From Macrostomum hystrix (lineage: Eukaryota; Animalia; Platyhelminthes), in assembly GCA_950097015.1 (NCBI GenBank), contig CATNEN010000039.1, positions 20,832,001-20,896,000 of the forward strand: a DNA stretch of 64,000 bases, written 5' to 3'. Positions within the stretch are counted from its first letter, which is position 1. Every line of letters starts with the position of its first letter. Shown here in pieces: positions 24,025 to 36,431 of the stretch. The translations under genes and the position numbers were made by a program. The notes below the pieces were generated by a model. It was not told where the DNA came from and ran no database searches. It saw only the letters and a list, made by a program, of their open reading frames with translations.

Positions 24025-25128
24025 CAGGAGAGATGAGACAGAGGAGAGTTGAGACAGGTGAGAGATATGAGACAGGTGAGAGATATGAGACAGATGAGAG
24101 ATATGAGACAGGTGAGAGATGAGGCACGGGAGAGATGAGACAGGTGAGAGATGAGACAGGTGAGAGATGAGGCACGGGAGATATGAGGCACGGGAGAGAT
24201 GAGACAGGTGAGAGATGAGACACGGGAGAGATGAGACACGGAGAGATGAGACACGGGAGAGATGAGACACGGGAGAGATGAGACACGGGAGACATGAGAC
24301 ACGGGAGAGATGAGACAGGTGAGAGATGAGACACGGGAGAGATGAGACACGGAGAGATGAGACACGGGAGAGATGAGACACGGGAGAGATGAGACACGGG
24401 AGACATGAGACACGGGAGAGATGAGACAGGTGAGAGATGAGACACGGGAGAGATGAGACACGGAGAGATGAGACACGGGAGAGATGAGACACGGGAGAGA
24501 TGAGACACGGGAGACATGAGACACGGGAGAGATGTGAGACAGGTGAGAGATATGATACAGGTGAGAGATGAGGCAAGGTAGATATGAGGCAGGTGAGAGA
24601 TGAGGCACGGTAGATATGAGGCACGGGAGAGATGAGGCACGGGAGAGATGAGACAGGTGAGAGATGTGAGACAGGTGAGAGATGTGAGACAGGTGAGAGA
24701 TGAGGCACGGAAGATATGAGGCAGGTGAGAGATGTGACACGGGAGAGATGAGACAGGTGAGAGATGAGACACGGGAGAGATGAGGCACGGGAGAGATGAG
24801 ATACGGGAGAGATGAGACACGGGAGACATGAGACACGGGAGAGATGAGACAGGTGAGAGATGTGATACAGGTGAGAGATGAGGCACGGAAGATATGAGGC
24901 AGGTGAGAGATGAGACACGGGAGAGATGAGACAGGTGAGAGATGAGTCAGGTGAGAGATGAGGCACGGGAGAGATGAGGCACGGGAGAGATGAGGCACGG
25001 GAGAGATGAGGCACGGGAGAGATGAGGCACGGGAGAGATGAGTCACGGGAGAGATAAGGCACGGGAGAGATGAGGCACGGGAGAGATGAGGCACGGGAGA
25101 GATGAGGCACGGGAGAGATGAGGCACGG
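24025..25128. repeat. Minisatellite, ~16-bp unit GGGAGAGATGAGACAC with variants
   Basis: Tandem units; source of the three spurious ~400-aa ORFs. Confidence 0.95.
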
Positions 25129-25773
25129 GTGGGGAAGAGGTGCCTGGAGAGGCCGGAGGGCCGGGTTGATTAGCTCTGTTGGCAAGTGGGGTGCCGACTC
25201 CTGGCTTATAAGGGTTGGAAGCGTCGGTTGCTGGCGAGTGAAACATTAGAATAGAACAAAGGTACAAAATAGAACGTCAACGAAGCTTTAATTAATATTT
25301 AAGATCCACAGAGGAAGTGCATTCAGCCTTCACGATGAGACTCAGCAAGGAGCAATGGGACTGACACTGCGGCTGACGGGATCAGAGTGGGAGATGGAGA
25401 GAGGAGGAGAATGATTTGGACAATGGGAAGTGTCTGAAGGGGTTTGGCAGTCACAGGGGGAGGCTATAGTTATGGACGGAGCTGTGACTGGACTGACACT
25501 CACACAAGCCCGCGCATTAGTGCCCTGCTAGAAGCCACAGCTATATAGATTAAAGTCAAACTGAACATCCTGCAGGAGATTAGGAAAAAATTAGTTTTTG
25601 TACAACTAAGTTAGTTAGCAGTCCTGTAACTGGTAATAATAGCAATAATTTCGTTACATTTGCGTATCTGAGCACAAAGAGGACATCCTGCTTGAGTACT
25701 TCCTCTAATCTCCAGTTCTAAGGGTAGATCACACTGATTATTTAAGCTCTGAAAGATTTAGTCTCTAGCCGCA

Positions 25774-26971
25774 ATGTCAGGCGGGAGTAGCGGAGACGGC
25801 TGCAAACCGTCATTTCTGCAGTACCTCGTCGACTGGTTTGACTTGGAAGAGACCAACAAACAGCTAGCGGTGTGCGACAGGCAGTGAGTGCGGATGATTC
25901 TGGCAGTCAGGCCTGATGTTTAAGAAAGTAACAATTAAATTTTGAGAAAGTGAATACTGACGATTAAAAGAAATCTGCACGGTGTGAAGGATTAAAAATG
26001 TTTAGGATTCCAAGAAACAGAATGGATTATTCGGACGCGAATTCAAACCATTAACCCACTCCGTACTCAGGCTGAGCACAGCCCGGTTGAGTCTACAGCT
26101 GTCCGAGGAAGAGCGGCGCCGAGCTGCGTGCCTTAGCAAGCTACACTACCTGCAGACACGCCTGCAGGCTTTCGAGCAGAGAGTGCAACACCAGCAGCAG
26201 CCTCAGCACCAGCCAACCTCCAACCAGTCACAGACGACGCAGCCGCAGCCGGAGCAGTTGTCGATCAGTCGATCCGCCACCACAGTCGGGATGCGGCTGA
26301 CGCCAACCACGCATCTGCTAGCTCAGCAGGAGCGCGATCGGGATATTCAACAACGTCGCCGACGTCGAGCTGGTCGGCAGCTGCCGGCATCCATGACCGG
26401 CGCCCCACTGCTAGGCCGGTCTTTGGCAGCTGACGAGGCGCCCCAGACCGTCCAGACATCGACAGAGACAACGCCGCTTCCACACCTGTTGACGACACCG
26501 CAGAGCTCTCCACAGCTGCCGCCGCCGCCTCCGCCAACCTCGACGCCGCATCCACCGCCGCTGCCAGAGTCGGTGACTCGCTCAGCCGGCTTCTACAAGT
26601 TGGGCTTCGGTCCGGGTGAGCGAGGAGCCGCAGCGCCGCCATTGGACGGCCGTCTGGACGGTCAGCGTGCCTTCAGCCTCCAGCGTCAGCAGCAGGAGAA
26701 GTTCCGAAGCGCTGCAGCCGCAGGAAGCCATCATCGGCACCGTCGCAGCGGAGGCGGAGGCGGAACTTACCTGGACGGCCAGGCTAAGCGACTGTTAAGA
26801 GTGACGGCTTCTTCAGGACAGCAGCAGCAGCAGCAGCAGCAGCCAGACACGCTTGCTGTGCGGGCAGCGATGCGAGATTACGAGCGCACCTTTCTGCAGC
26901 CGCGCAATCCTGTCAACTCGCCGGAGCCCGAAGCTTATCAACAGCTGCACTCGGGCGGGCACCATCTGTAG
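25774..26971 (+). CDS. Uncharacterised protein with N-terminal coiled coil and Q/P/T-rich disordered tail; exons 25774-25883, 26071-26971
   Basis: MSGGSSGDGCKPSFLQYLVDWFDLEETNKQLAVCDRQ joins in frame (CA|gtgagt..actcag|G) to the long GC-rich ORF. AATAAA follows at ~27001. Confidence 0.75.
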
Positions 26972-27257
26972 ATAGAGAAATCTGGGCTTGACTTATGATG
27001 AATAAAATTATACCGTATGTTGCTACTGTCAGTAATCGCAATAGTTTATGTAAAAAAATAATTAATTGATTTTTTGGTGGTAAAAATTACAATCAATAAA
27101 TAGTTACTGCTACAACGAGCTTAATCTATACTTGTCGAAATTCGAGTTAAATGCGTCCCGATGAAAATTGACAAATGTTTTAGAGTCCTCTGAATGCTTT
27201 ACTTATTGTCCGATTGCTTTGTTTATAAGATGCTTCAACAGCATCAAGAGGTCAATA

Positions 27258-27415
27258 ATCGCATATCTATAGACATCTACTCGCAAATCTATAGACATCT
27301 ACTCGCATATCTAGATATCTACTCGCATTTCTAGATATCTACTCGCATATCTATAGACTTCTACTCGCATATCTAGATATATACTCGCATATCTAGATTT
27401 ATATAGTTGCATCTC
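27258..27415. repeat. Degenerate ~20-bp repeat TCTAGATATCTACTCGCATA (related array at ~28005-28255)
   Basis: Visible tandem units at both sites. Confidence 0.75.
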
Positions 27416-29327
27416 TATAAAGATTATTGTGTGTTGATCAGGCACTAAAAAGTTCGAACTTCTAAACAATGGGAACAATTGCCTAGGAATTTATGACAGT
27501 CACGTGACACGTTACTGTAGTTGCTTCATCTTCCTTGGTAGTGAGTAGTCTTCTGGGTCCTTGTATGCCGGTAGTTCTTCTCCTTGTTGGTGGTCGACCG
27601 TGAAGTTTCGGGTCTGTTGCTTCTTGAGTCTTTGTAGGCTTCTTGTCTTCTGGTCTGCTGCGCTTGACTTTGTCTGTTGGCCAACAAAGGACGAGAGCGA
27701 ATCAGTTTAGTTGTCGGTTTCCTCAAGCTCGGAATTCCCAATAGAAATGTGCGCCCTAGTGAACAATTGTGTCTCTCTAATAGGTCCTCCTGAAGGGCGT
27801 CTTCTTCGTTACCTTCAAATAGATGCCCGATAACTCAAATCAATCAATCAATAATCCTCTATGAATGTATTCTAGGAAACAAGGCCTTTCTCAAATGTAT
27901 CGACTATATCGCTTTCGTAAACTTAGTTTAATTCAACTTAATTTTCCTTGGGATATTACTTTAAGTAGCGTGTTAAACAAATTGCATATTTTACTACTTT
28001 CTAAATCTAGATATATACTCGCAACTCTAGATATATATATAGCTCGTATGTTAACATCACTTGATATCTCTTGTCGCATCTCTAGACACATACAGTCGCA
28101 TCTCTAGACATAAAATGTCGCACCTCTATATATCTAACCGCATCTCTAGATATCTAATCGAATCACTAGACATCTAATCGCATTTCTATGCATGTTTAAT
28201 CGCATCTCTAGACACTATTTCGCATTTTTAGATACCCAATCGCGTCTCTAGATGTCCAATTAAGCCGTGGGAAAGGCGGTATGGCTGCCTCCAGGCTGAG
28301 GATTCGACAGGAAAACCCCAGCCAATCAACGCGCGCAGGGGTCAGAGATAACCCCTGCAGCCCGGCTCAGCCAATCGCGTTCCGCACACGACTCAGAAAG
28401 AGAGAAACGATGAAAAAGGGGTAAGCACACAACACATCCATATATTACTAATATAGTCTATTCTAGATATCCTTATAAAATCTAAAAAACATGCGAGCGG
28501 GAATACACACAAAAAGAAATACTTTTAAGCTCATATAAGTGACTTCTTTATTGGAGATACAAAACAATTAAGTCCAAATTTGCAAAGCATTGTCAAACAA
28601 TTAAGTATATTTCTCAACAAAGTTAGTCTCGATGGAATAAATTTTAATAGAGCAGGCGAAGACAATTAATGCTCTTATCAAAAGAGCTGGGCTACAGATT
28701 CAAATTTCACACCTCGCTGAGTCAGCATGATGTGCTATATAAATATATATATTTCATACTCAATATACAATTTGTGGTAAATATATTCAGTAGATTACGT
28801 ATTATAGATTTTTTAACATTCAAAAGTACTTTTTGTCAAATAAAATGTAAAAAATGATTTCGTCACGTGAATTTGCAAATCACATTTAAATTTGCGCCAA
28901 AAAGTATAACATTACAAGGTTATTTACTTTTTTAACGATTTTGAATTAAGAATGTTAGTTCAAACTAAATGTGCTAAATAAGAAAACAATACGACTAAAT
29001 GATTTAATATTTATAATATTTATATTCATGGAAAACAAAGACCGTTGAGATGTTTCAATTTTAGTTAAGCGCGCGAATTCAAATCGATTTTTTCGGAACG
29101 ATAAACCCTAGATTAAACTTATGAAATGTGTGAAATGGCATTTAAATATAAATTGTATGCAAACAAAATAAACAAATCAACAGCCTAAGCGCCTTTAAAA
29201 TCTATCGGAAATAGTATAGTATAGTACCTCACATGTTTGCTATGTACACTACTTACTATAGCAAAACCAAGCAGTAGTAGGGTGCGCAAACGTCATAAAG
29301 TTAAAATGACAGCTAAAAAGCGCAGTT

Positions 29328-32222
29328 TCACTCGGATCCAGTCTGCAGCAAATTGATGGCCTGGCACAAATAGTCTATGGCAGTCTTAGCGTCCTGATAC
29401 TGCAAAGCGGAGCCGGCAAATTTGCACAGTTTGCCAGCCTTGGTGAACTGATCAAGGCTCAGGTTGGGATGCGGAGTGCCGGGATGAATGCGGCCACTAG
29501 CGACTGCCGGATCTTGCTGATATTGCGGCTGGGACGGCGGCTGAGGCTGCGGCTGGCGCGGTGTCGGCGTCGGCGGCTTCGCCGGCTGCTGGGTCGGCGG
29601 CGGCGGAACATTGAAACCGAAGCCGGCTGGCGGCGCCGACGCGGTAGACGCCACTCCGGCACCGGCGCCAGAGAAGGCTGACGCACCGCCGACAGAGCCG
29701 CCGCCGCCAAGCTGGCTCATATCCGGAGCCTCCTCGCCGCCATCCTCTCCGCCTAACGGGCCGGCTTGCGGTGTTTCGCCATTCTTTCGGCACTGAGTGA
29801 TGTAAAGCGCCTTCCATTTGGCATATTTGCGACATTTCTCCAGCTCTTCGCCAACAGTGCCAAACGATTGCAGAACATCCAATAGTACACCGGCTGTGTA
29901 GAATGATTTCACCGTGGCCGGACCAAAATCGCCGGCTCGGTCGCGATTGTCAGCGAAGGCAAACAATTGCAGCGCTTTGTTCTCAACGGCCGCCTGGCCT
30001 ACTAAACTGTCCGGTGTGAATACCTCAGGATGCGTTCTGGCCAAATCTGTCTTGGTAGATTCTAGCTGGCCCATTAAACTAGTCAGAAACTGGCGAGCCT
30101 CTGGGGACCGCTTGTCGATAGACATGCCTTTCTCTAGGGCGTGGAGACGGCCTGGCAATTATGACAATATTTAGGAAGGCTTACTTGCAAATTTATACCT
30201 GCTTACCTGCTTATTTATAAATTGAACTTTTAAAGTGGCTACTTATCATATTGCAGGGATTACAGATAGATGGCTTTTAAAATAGATAGGTTTATACATT
30301 ATTTGTAACTTAGCTTATAAAAACAAACACAAACATGTAAAATACAACAGCTATGGTTATAGCTGCAATACATATAGAGGATGCTTGGAGCTTTCATAGA
30401 ACAACTGACACCCTCATTGGCGAACTCTAAAAGTTGCAGTGAAGTGTACCCAGCCAAACAATAAACAAATGCAAGATAAATGTATCCTTCCTAGTGTATA
30501 CCTGCATATGGAAACTATCTGTAAGGGTGTGGATGTTAAGTCATGAATATTTGCTATTGTCACTACAGCAGCAGGACACAGGATTACAGAAAAGCTATTT
30601 GATAAGGTATATTTTATTTGATTTGTACATATATTTCTAACAAGATATTTGAAACAGATCAAAACTGACTTCTTAAATCTAAAGAAAAATTGTGTTTTTT
30701 AATCTAAAAAAGTAAAACAATAGTCAGATTTAATCTCTCCAATATCTATCCAATATTCCATTTTAAATGTTTTGTAAGTCCTTGACTTGAATTAACAGAT
30801 TCTAAAACAAGGGAAGCTGTATTGGGAATAATCTTGGCAGCTAAAAGTTGATCTAATAGGCATTATAGGTAAAAAGTACTATATTTTTAGATTACTTTTA
30901 TACAGATTTTAAAGAATTTATCTTACTCATGATATGATAGCTTAGTAGGAAGAAAGAATAAAAAGCAAGTTGTTTTTTCTTGTAAGCACATACCCAAACA
31001 AAATACTAGATTGTGTAAAAAATATGGAAGTGCTTATTCCCACGGTCCCGTGCCGATAATTTCAATTTTATCCACATGGATCCGTGCCGATAATTTTCTG
31101 CTTATCCACACGGTAGCTTGTATGAATAGGTCTACTTTCAAGTCCCTACGTACCTATTCTAATTCTTCTCTGAGCATAAGGCTTTTGCTTCAGAGTATAG
31201 TGTATAGTGTACACTATCAATGAATAGTGTAAAATAATAACAATGATGTATAATGTGTGACAAGTTTGGTGCTGACTAGAATTCTGCTGGTTGACTCGTA
31301 TGATTTTCTTTGATAGACTTTTTACTCTTCAAGTCAATACAATTTGAATGAAAACACGTAACGATGACAAAAGATTTAGTAAGTTGTTATTAAAATAATT
31401 AAAAAGGATGACATTAATGTCAGTTAATTAATGTGTAGGTCGAAATGTAGAACACTGTCGTAACACACTGGCAACTTTGTCGATCTATTGGCTCGAGGGT
31501 TCAACAAAACGTTCAAATCTGAAAGGGCCTCGTTTCAAAGAACAGAACCGTGTGGATAAAATTGAAATTAATGGCACGGCATATATAAAGAGTTGTAGAC
31601 CTATTTATACAAGCTGCCGTGTGGATAAGCAGAAAATTATCGGCACGGATCCGTGTGGATAAAATTGAAATTATCGGCACGGGACCGTGGGAATAAGCTC
31701 TGCCAAAAAATATACAATATAATTTAGGCATTTTAAACTGATTGCCAACTATTATAATTCTATTGCCACCAAACCAGATGATATATTATATTGCCAGATA
31801 AATAGTTTAAAGCAATGTATAATAAAAAACATTATAATAAAAGAAAAAGTTTTATGGGCCTAATGAATTTTTTATGAAATAGCTAGGTCTAGCTAATGCC
31901 TTGGTTCAATGTCTATGGTTTTATCATTCTATTTAATCCTGGTTATCTGCGAGCATACCTAGCAAGTTACAACCCTAGAATTGGACATTATAGAAACACA
32001 TATAGCCAAATAGGTATTGTCAACGTCACTGTCATAGTCATTGCCTATTGAGCTGCAATAGCTAAGCAAAAGGCCAAAAGCAACTGTCAGTATATATATT
32101 CAAGTCTTTAAAAATGTCAACTTACAGTAATATGCGACAATCGGATCACGGCTCTCTATCTCAGCAGCTGTCTTTATGAAAATGTTAATTCCTTTAAGGC
32201 TAGGTGGTGTCTGTTGCGCCAT
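29328..32222 (-). CDS. VTA1: Vacuolar protein sorting-associated protein VTA1 (LIP5); exons 32222-32126, 30151-29328
   Basis: MAQQTPPSLKGINIFIKTAAEIESRDPIVAYY|CRLHALEKGM..ALQLFAFADNRDRAG..VKSFYTAGVLLDVL..RKYAKWKALYI..GETPQAGP..KAGKLCKFAGSALQYQDAKTAIDYL (MIT and VSL domains). Confidence 0.96.
31028..31702. mobile_element. MITE with ~108-bp TIRs and subterminal repeats in the VTA1 intron
   Basis: 31028-31135 (AGTGCTTATTCCCACGGTCCCGTGCCGATAATTTC...) is the reverse complement of 31595-31702. No clear TSD. Confidence 0.88.
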
Positions 32223-33481
32223 GTTGGTGTCTTTATGACGAGTAAGTTGTTGAGAAAATTTGATTGATGTCAGTAGTGAAACGTTGCACTAAACAAACTC
32301 TTAGCTCAATTTTTTAAAACAATTATGTAATAGTAAATATGATATTATATACCTATTACAAGAAATATCTCAGGACTCGTCAGGAGTCGTACTGTGAGAC
32401 TTATAAATTACAACCTTTCGAGAAGTTTAGGAGATTCCTGAGAGAAAGTCATAGATTCTAATAAAATTTAAATTTGCAATCTTGCATTGCACAGCAAGTA
32501 AAATTGTTTATTTTCATCGGCACTTACTACGAGTTTTACAAATAAACTTTTTACTGTGTATTAAAACGTTTGTAATATCATAGTGCTTAAATAAGTTTGT
32601 TAAAATAGTGTCATGATCATTCAAATTACGGTCTCAATTATCGTGTTAGCAGAATTAAAACGAGGTGAAGATCATGCAAAGAGAAATTGAATACATTATA
32701 CATTAGGTCACTATCGTAAGGATAAAAGTCAACTCAGGTCTTAGCAAGTACTACCTAACTGCTGAGTAATGCTTATTATGATTAGTAGCTATACTATTTA
32801 CATATTAAATGGGAATTATTCGTATTAATGTACAATTACACTTGTCTCTGAGCTTAGTTCTTTAGAAGTCTCTGAACACCGCGAAAATTTCATTGTTTTT
32901 TTAAACAAACACAAATAAATGCTAAGTGCAGATGATAGGACACTTTGCAATAATTAATCTCAGTATTATAAAGATATGGCATGAAGAAGTCGCAGCTTCT
33001 GCAGTGGGAGCCGACAGTATCTACCTTTCTCCAAATCATTATTAGCGAATGTGTATACTGTTGCCAAACCATTGGTAAAGTAGGACAAAGCACACGCGTA
33101 CCTAGCTTGTACCAGGTCACCGATTATACATCCATAGCTTGTATATTTCTCGAATTATACCCACTAACTACACACAAAATGAACGTGTAATATGTATACT
33201 AGTGAAAGGAGTGTGAAAAAACTAATTTTACACAAGCCTGGCCTGACATAATATGTAAAATACAAATATACATATCTACATTTATGACATACCTACAGCC
33301 TCACAACCCACAAGCAAATAAGGCGAATATAATCGGATTGCTTAAAAAATTCTAACGACATTTGAAAAACTTTCGAAGCGGCTATAATACATGAAGCCTA
33401 TAAATTGAATATACAAACAGGAGTACTAAAGAAGTCCACACTTAAATAGAACAGGTAAATATTTATATCTAAGCTCGGGTG

Positions 33482-34804
33482 TTATGGTTGTCGGGTGCTT
33501 GGAAGAAATCTCATGGCACTCCTCATAAGGCCCGAGAGCCTATCGGTCGAAGGTCGGTGGCAGGACGTTGCGACAGTCTCAGCAGCGCCGCTAATGCCTC
33601 CTTTCGCATGACCATCAGATCTCATTAATGTAGCGCACCAATCATTGGCATGCGCCACCGCAGCCAGCTTGCTGCCAACTGCAGGCTCGCCAGCTTGTTT
33701 GTCGGCCAGCTTCGAGCTGCGAGTCTCGAGACCTCCGCCGTATTGCAATCTGGCCAGTTTATCTCGAATGTCGGTCTTCTCAGTCGAGGTGAGGATGTGC
33801 CCGCGATAGCCGCTGGCTGCCAGACGAATGCGTTCTCTTAGTCGCCAAGCCGATGGATCGTTAGCGTTCAGCGTGAGTTCTGTATCGTCCGCCATCCACG
33901 ACACTGGCGATGGTGACAGTGGTTCTGTGACAAAGAAAATCGGCAGCTCTCCAGGACTGCGCGATCGATCCTCGTTGTCATCCTCTGACGTGATCTGATT
34001 GGCTAGATAATCAAGCGAACTAGGCTGATAGACTCTCTGACAGGGTTGAACCTGCGTTGCCGCTTGAAGCCTTTCACCATTGCAGCACAATGTTACATCG
34101 TTATCGTTTGTCCTCCAAATTGAGGAGACTCTACGGCCGCGATCGGAAGGATTTCCAGATGCATGAAAGTCTCGAATCTCTTCCGTGGAATGAGGCGGTC
34201 AACACAATCGAAATAAATGACAGGTTCTTGAATAAATTTATTCTTGAAATAAATTGCAGTAGTGACGGAACCCACCTGCAGTCTGCCAATTAAAGACAGA
34301 CAGCTGATCCGATATGGTCGATGATTCAGACTCGCTTCGGCGCCATCGGCTTCTGCCCACCGGCGCCAAACTTTGGCTGCCAACATCCGGGCCTCGCTGT
34401 GTCTCGGCTGCTGACCCTACTGTGTACACGTCCCATTGGTCGACCGATTCGATGTGCAAATCGTGAGAATTTCCCTCAGATTCTTCCCAGAGTGAGTCGC
34501 AGCGAGTTGAAGCACTCTCGAAGTCTGCGGGGTTGAGTTGTGGAACATGGAAATTCTTCACTGTCGATTCCTCTCTTCTTCCTTTGAAGCATTTCAGGGA
34601 ATTCACGTACGTACCGCATGTTTCGCGTTCAAATCTTTCAATGTAGTTCTGCAACAGCTCAGAGGCTGAAAGTGCGACATTTCCGCTGAAGGTGTCGGCT
34701 GAGTGGTCCGTGATGGCATCCGTCTTGGAACGGCTTGTTGATGCAGAATTGAGAACGGCCATGTTAGTGAATGTGAATCGCTCAGAAATAAATAACTTAT
34801 CCAT
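33482..34804 (-). CDS. Uncharacterised Ser/acidic-rich protein, probably two coding exons split by a ~95-nt intron near 34180-34275
   Basis: ORFs 34238-34804 and 33482-34090 share a frame, separated by an AT-rich stretch with stops. Candidate donor GCAG|gtgggt; the acceptor is weak (AAG). ATG is directly preceded by TTCAG. Confidence 0.55.
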
Positions 34805-35754
34805 CTGAAGCTCAACAATGCACTTACTGGTAAGCTGCTGACAACATGATACCTTTCGTTGCTTAATCTTTTCTTATTTCGACTCCGTTAAGATAACAAC
34901 TCATTTGCTTCTAGAGACGCGAGGTGCAAATTTGTCACATAACAACTGGATAATAGATTAAATAAATGAGGTGTTGACTTGCCAGAGCCTAGTATAGTTG
35001 TATGGGACTCTAATAGCTACCATCCATTAGTGCCAATAGCGCATCGTACAATAGGATAGGGCTGAGTTGTTTCAAAGCAGCAGGCTTTGTTACAGGTGAG
35101 AGACGACGCCTAATTTAAGACGTGTCAAAGGATTAAGTTTCCTTTCTTTTCAAAGGCTTTACCGCTTGTCAAAGGCTTAGCGAAGTATTCAGAGAGTTCT
35201 AAAGTTTCTTGTGGAGAAGCTAGCGCTTTCGAGTGTCAAGAGCGGAGTTCGGGTGGGGACGAACTCATTGTGGGCAGTGAGCAGTCCTGTTGGCAGTTAG
35301 TTATTCTCACTATAAAAAGTCTCTCAGCATCTATGTTAGCAAACTGTCTTCATAAATCACAGGTCTGTTCAATTCCAGCTAACATTTATGCATAGAACAA
35401 TTAGGAAAACTAGCGTTGTGAATCTGCTGCCATTCAAATCTTAATTGGAAGCAGGTGAGAAGCGTTTTTATTCTTTCAATTGAGAAACTCTCTTACCTAA
35501 AATATCAAGAATAATACTTCCATCGCTAATTACGATGCCAACAACTAAGAACAACAGGCTATAGTTGTTCTCCTCTTAGTCTTATTGCTTAAATAATTAG
35601 TCGTGGAAAAGTTGGAAGATTGCTCTTTTAAAAGCTTTTGCGCAGTATTGATAATGTTAAGATTTTACAGCAATGTGACCTTTACAACAGAAGTTTTCTG
35701 AGGCCTCGACCTCTTATCTGTCGAAGGCCTAAAAAATTCCTCCCCTTTCATTTT

Positions 35755-35875
35755 TCTACCCCAATCAGCCAATCAGCTTTACTCCGCTTTGCGCTCCTTC
35801 TACCTCCCCACGCCCGCGGATTGGCTGGCTAATTTGGTGTTAGTTTTTCTCTCTCCATTGGCACCAATCAGCGCC
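35755..35875. promoter_or_regulatory. CCAAT-box cluster, likely promoter of the 33.5-34.8 kb gene
   Basis: CCAATCAGCCAATCAG, GATTGG, CATTGG and CCAATCAG within 120 bp. A minus-strand donor (GGTAAG) lies at ~35492-35497. Confidence 0.5.
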
Positions 35876-36431
35876 TATTCATTTATTCAAACGCATATGC
35901 CACTCCGAGCAGTCTCGACTTTTTTAATTCTGTGATTTATCTAGGCGAACAGAGGCAACGTGACTTAGGTGCATTTCTCAAGGTCAACAGCAAAATAGGA
36001 TCTTGGCCAGTAATGTCATTTTCACTACTCAAAATTCAGTTTTTTTAAATCTATATATGTATACATATTCATCTATTTATAAATCTGTTCTATTTCTTTT
36101 TTCTTTAAGGGGTAACAAAACTATAAACACTTTTGGGCTATAGTTAGTTGTATCACAAACTACAAGTATATAGTTAAGAATTTTTACTCAATAGCCAAAG
36201 GGGCTGTAGGTTGTATAGCCAAGGAATACTAAACGACACAAAAATTTTTTGCACAAAACGCGATTGCAACGTCCTGTGTTGTTTAGTAGTCCTTGGTTGT
36301 AGCCTGAAGCTATGAAGGCTGTCGACATAGGATAAAATGATTAAAATATACCACGTAGCTGTTTCCTTTGAGAACAAAAGTTGCACCATAATTAGAGTAG
36401 GATATTCGAAATTACACTGTAAGATTGACAC

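Noticed and set aside
31060-31665. Five DnaA-box 9-mers (TTATCCACA) suggesting a bacterial oriC
   Set aside because: They are subterminal repeats of a MITE inside a eukaryotic intron.
34090-34280. Stop-codon readthrough or alternative genetic code joining two same-frame ORFs
   Set aside because: Two different stops in an AT-rich stretch after a GT donor are better explained by an intron; other genes use the standard code.
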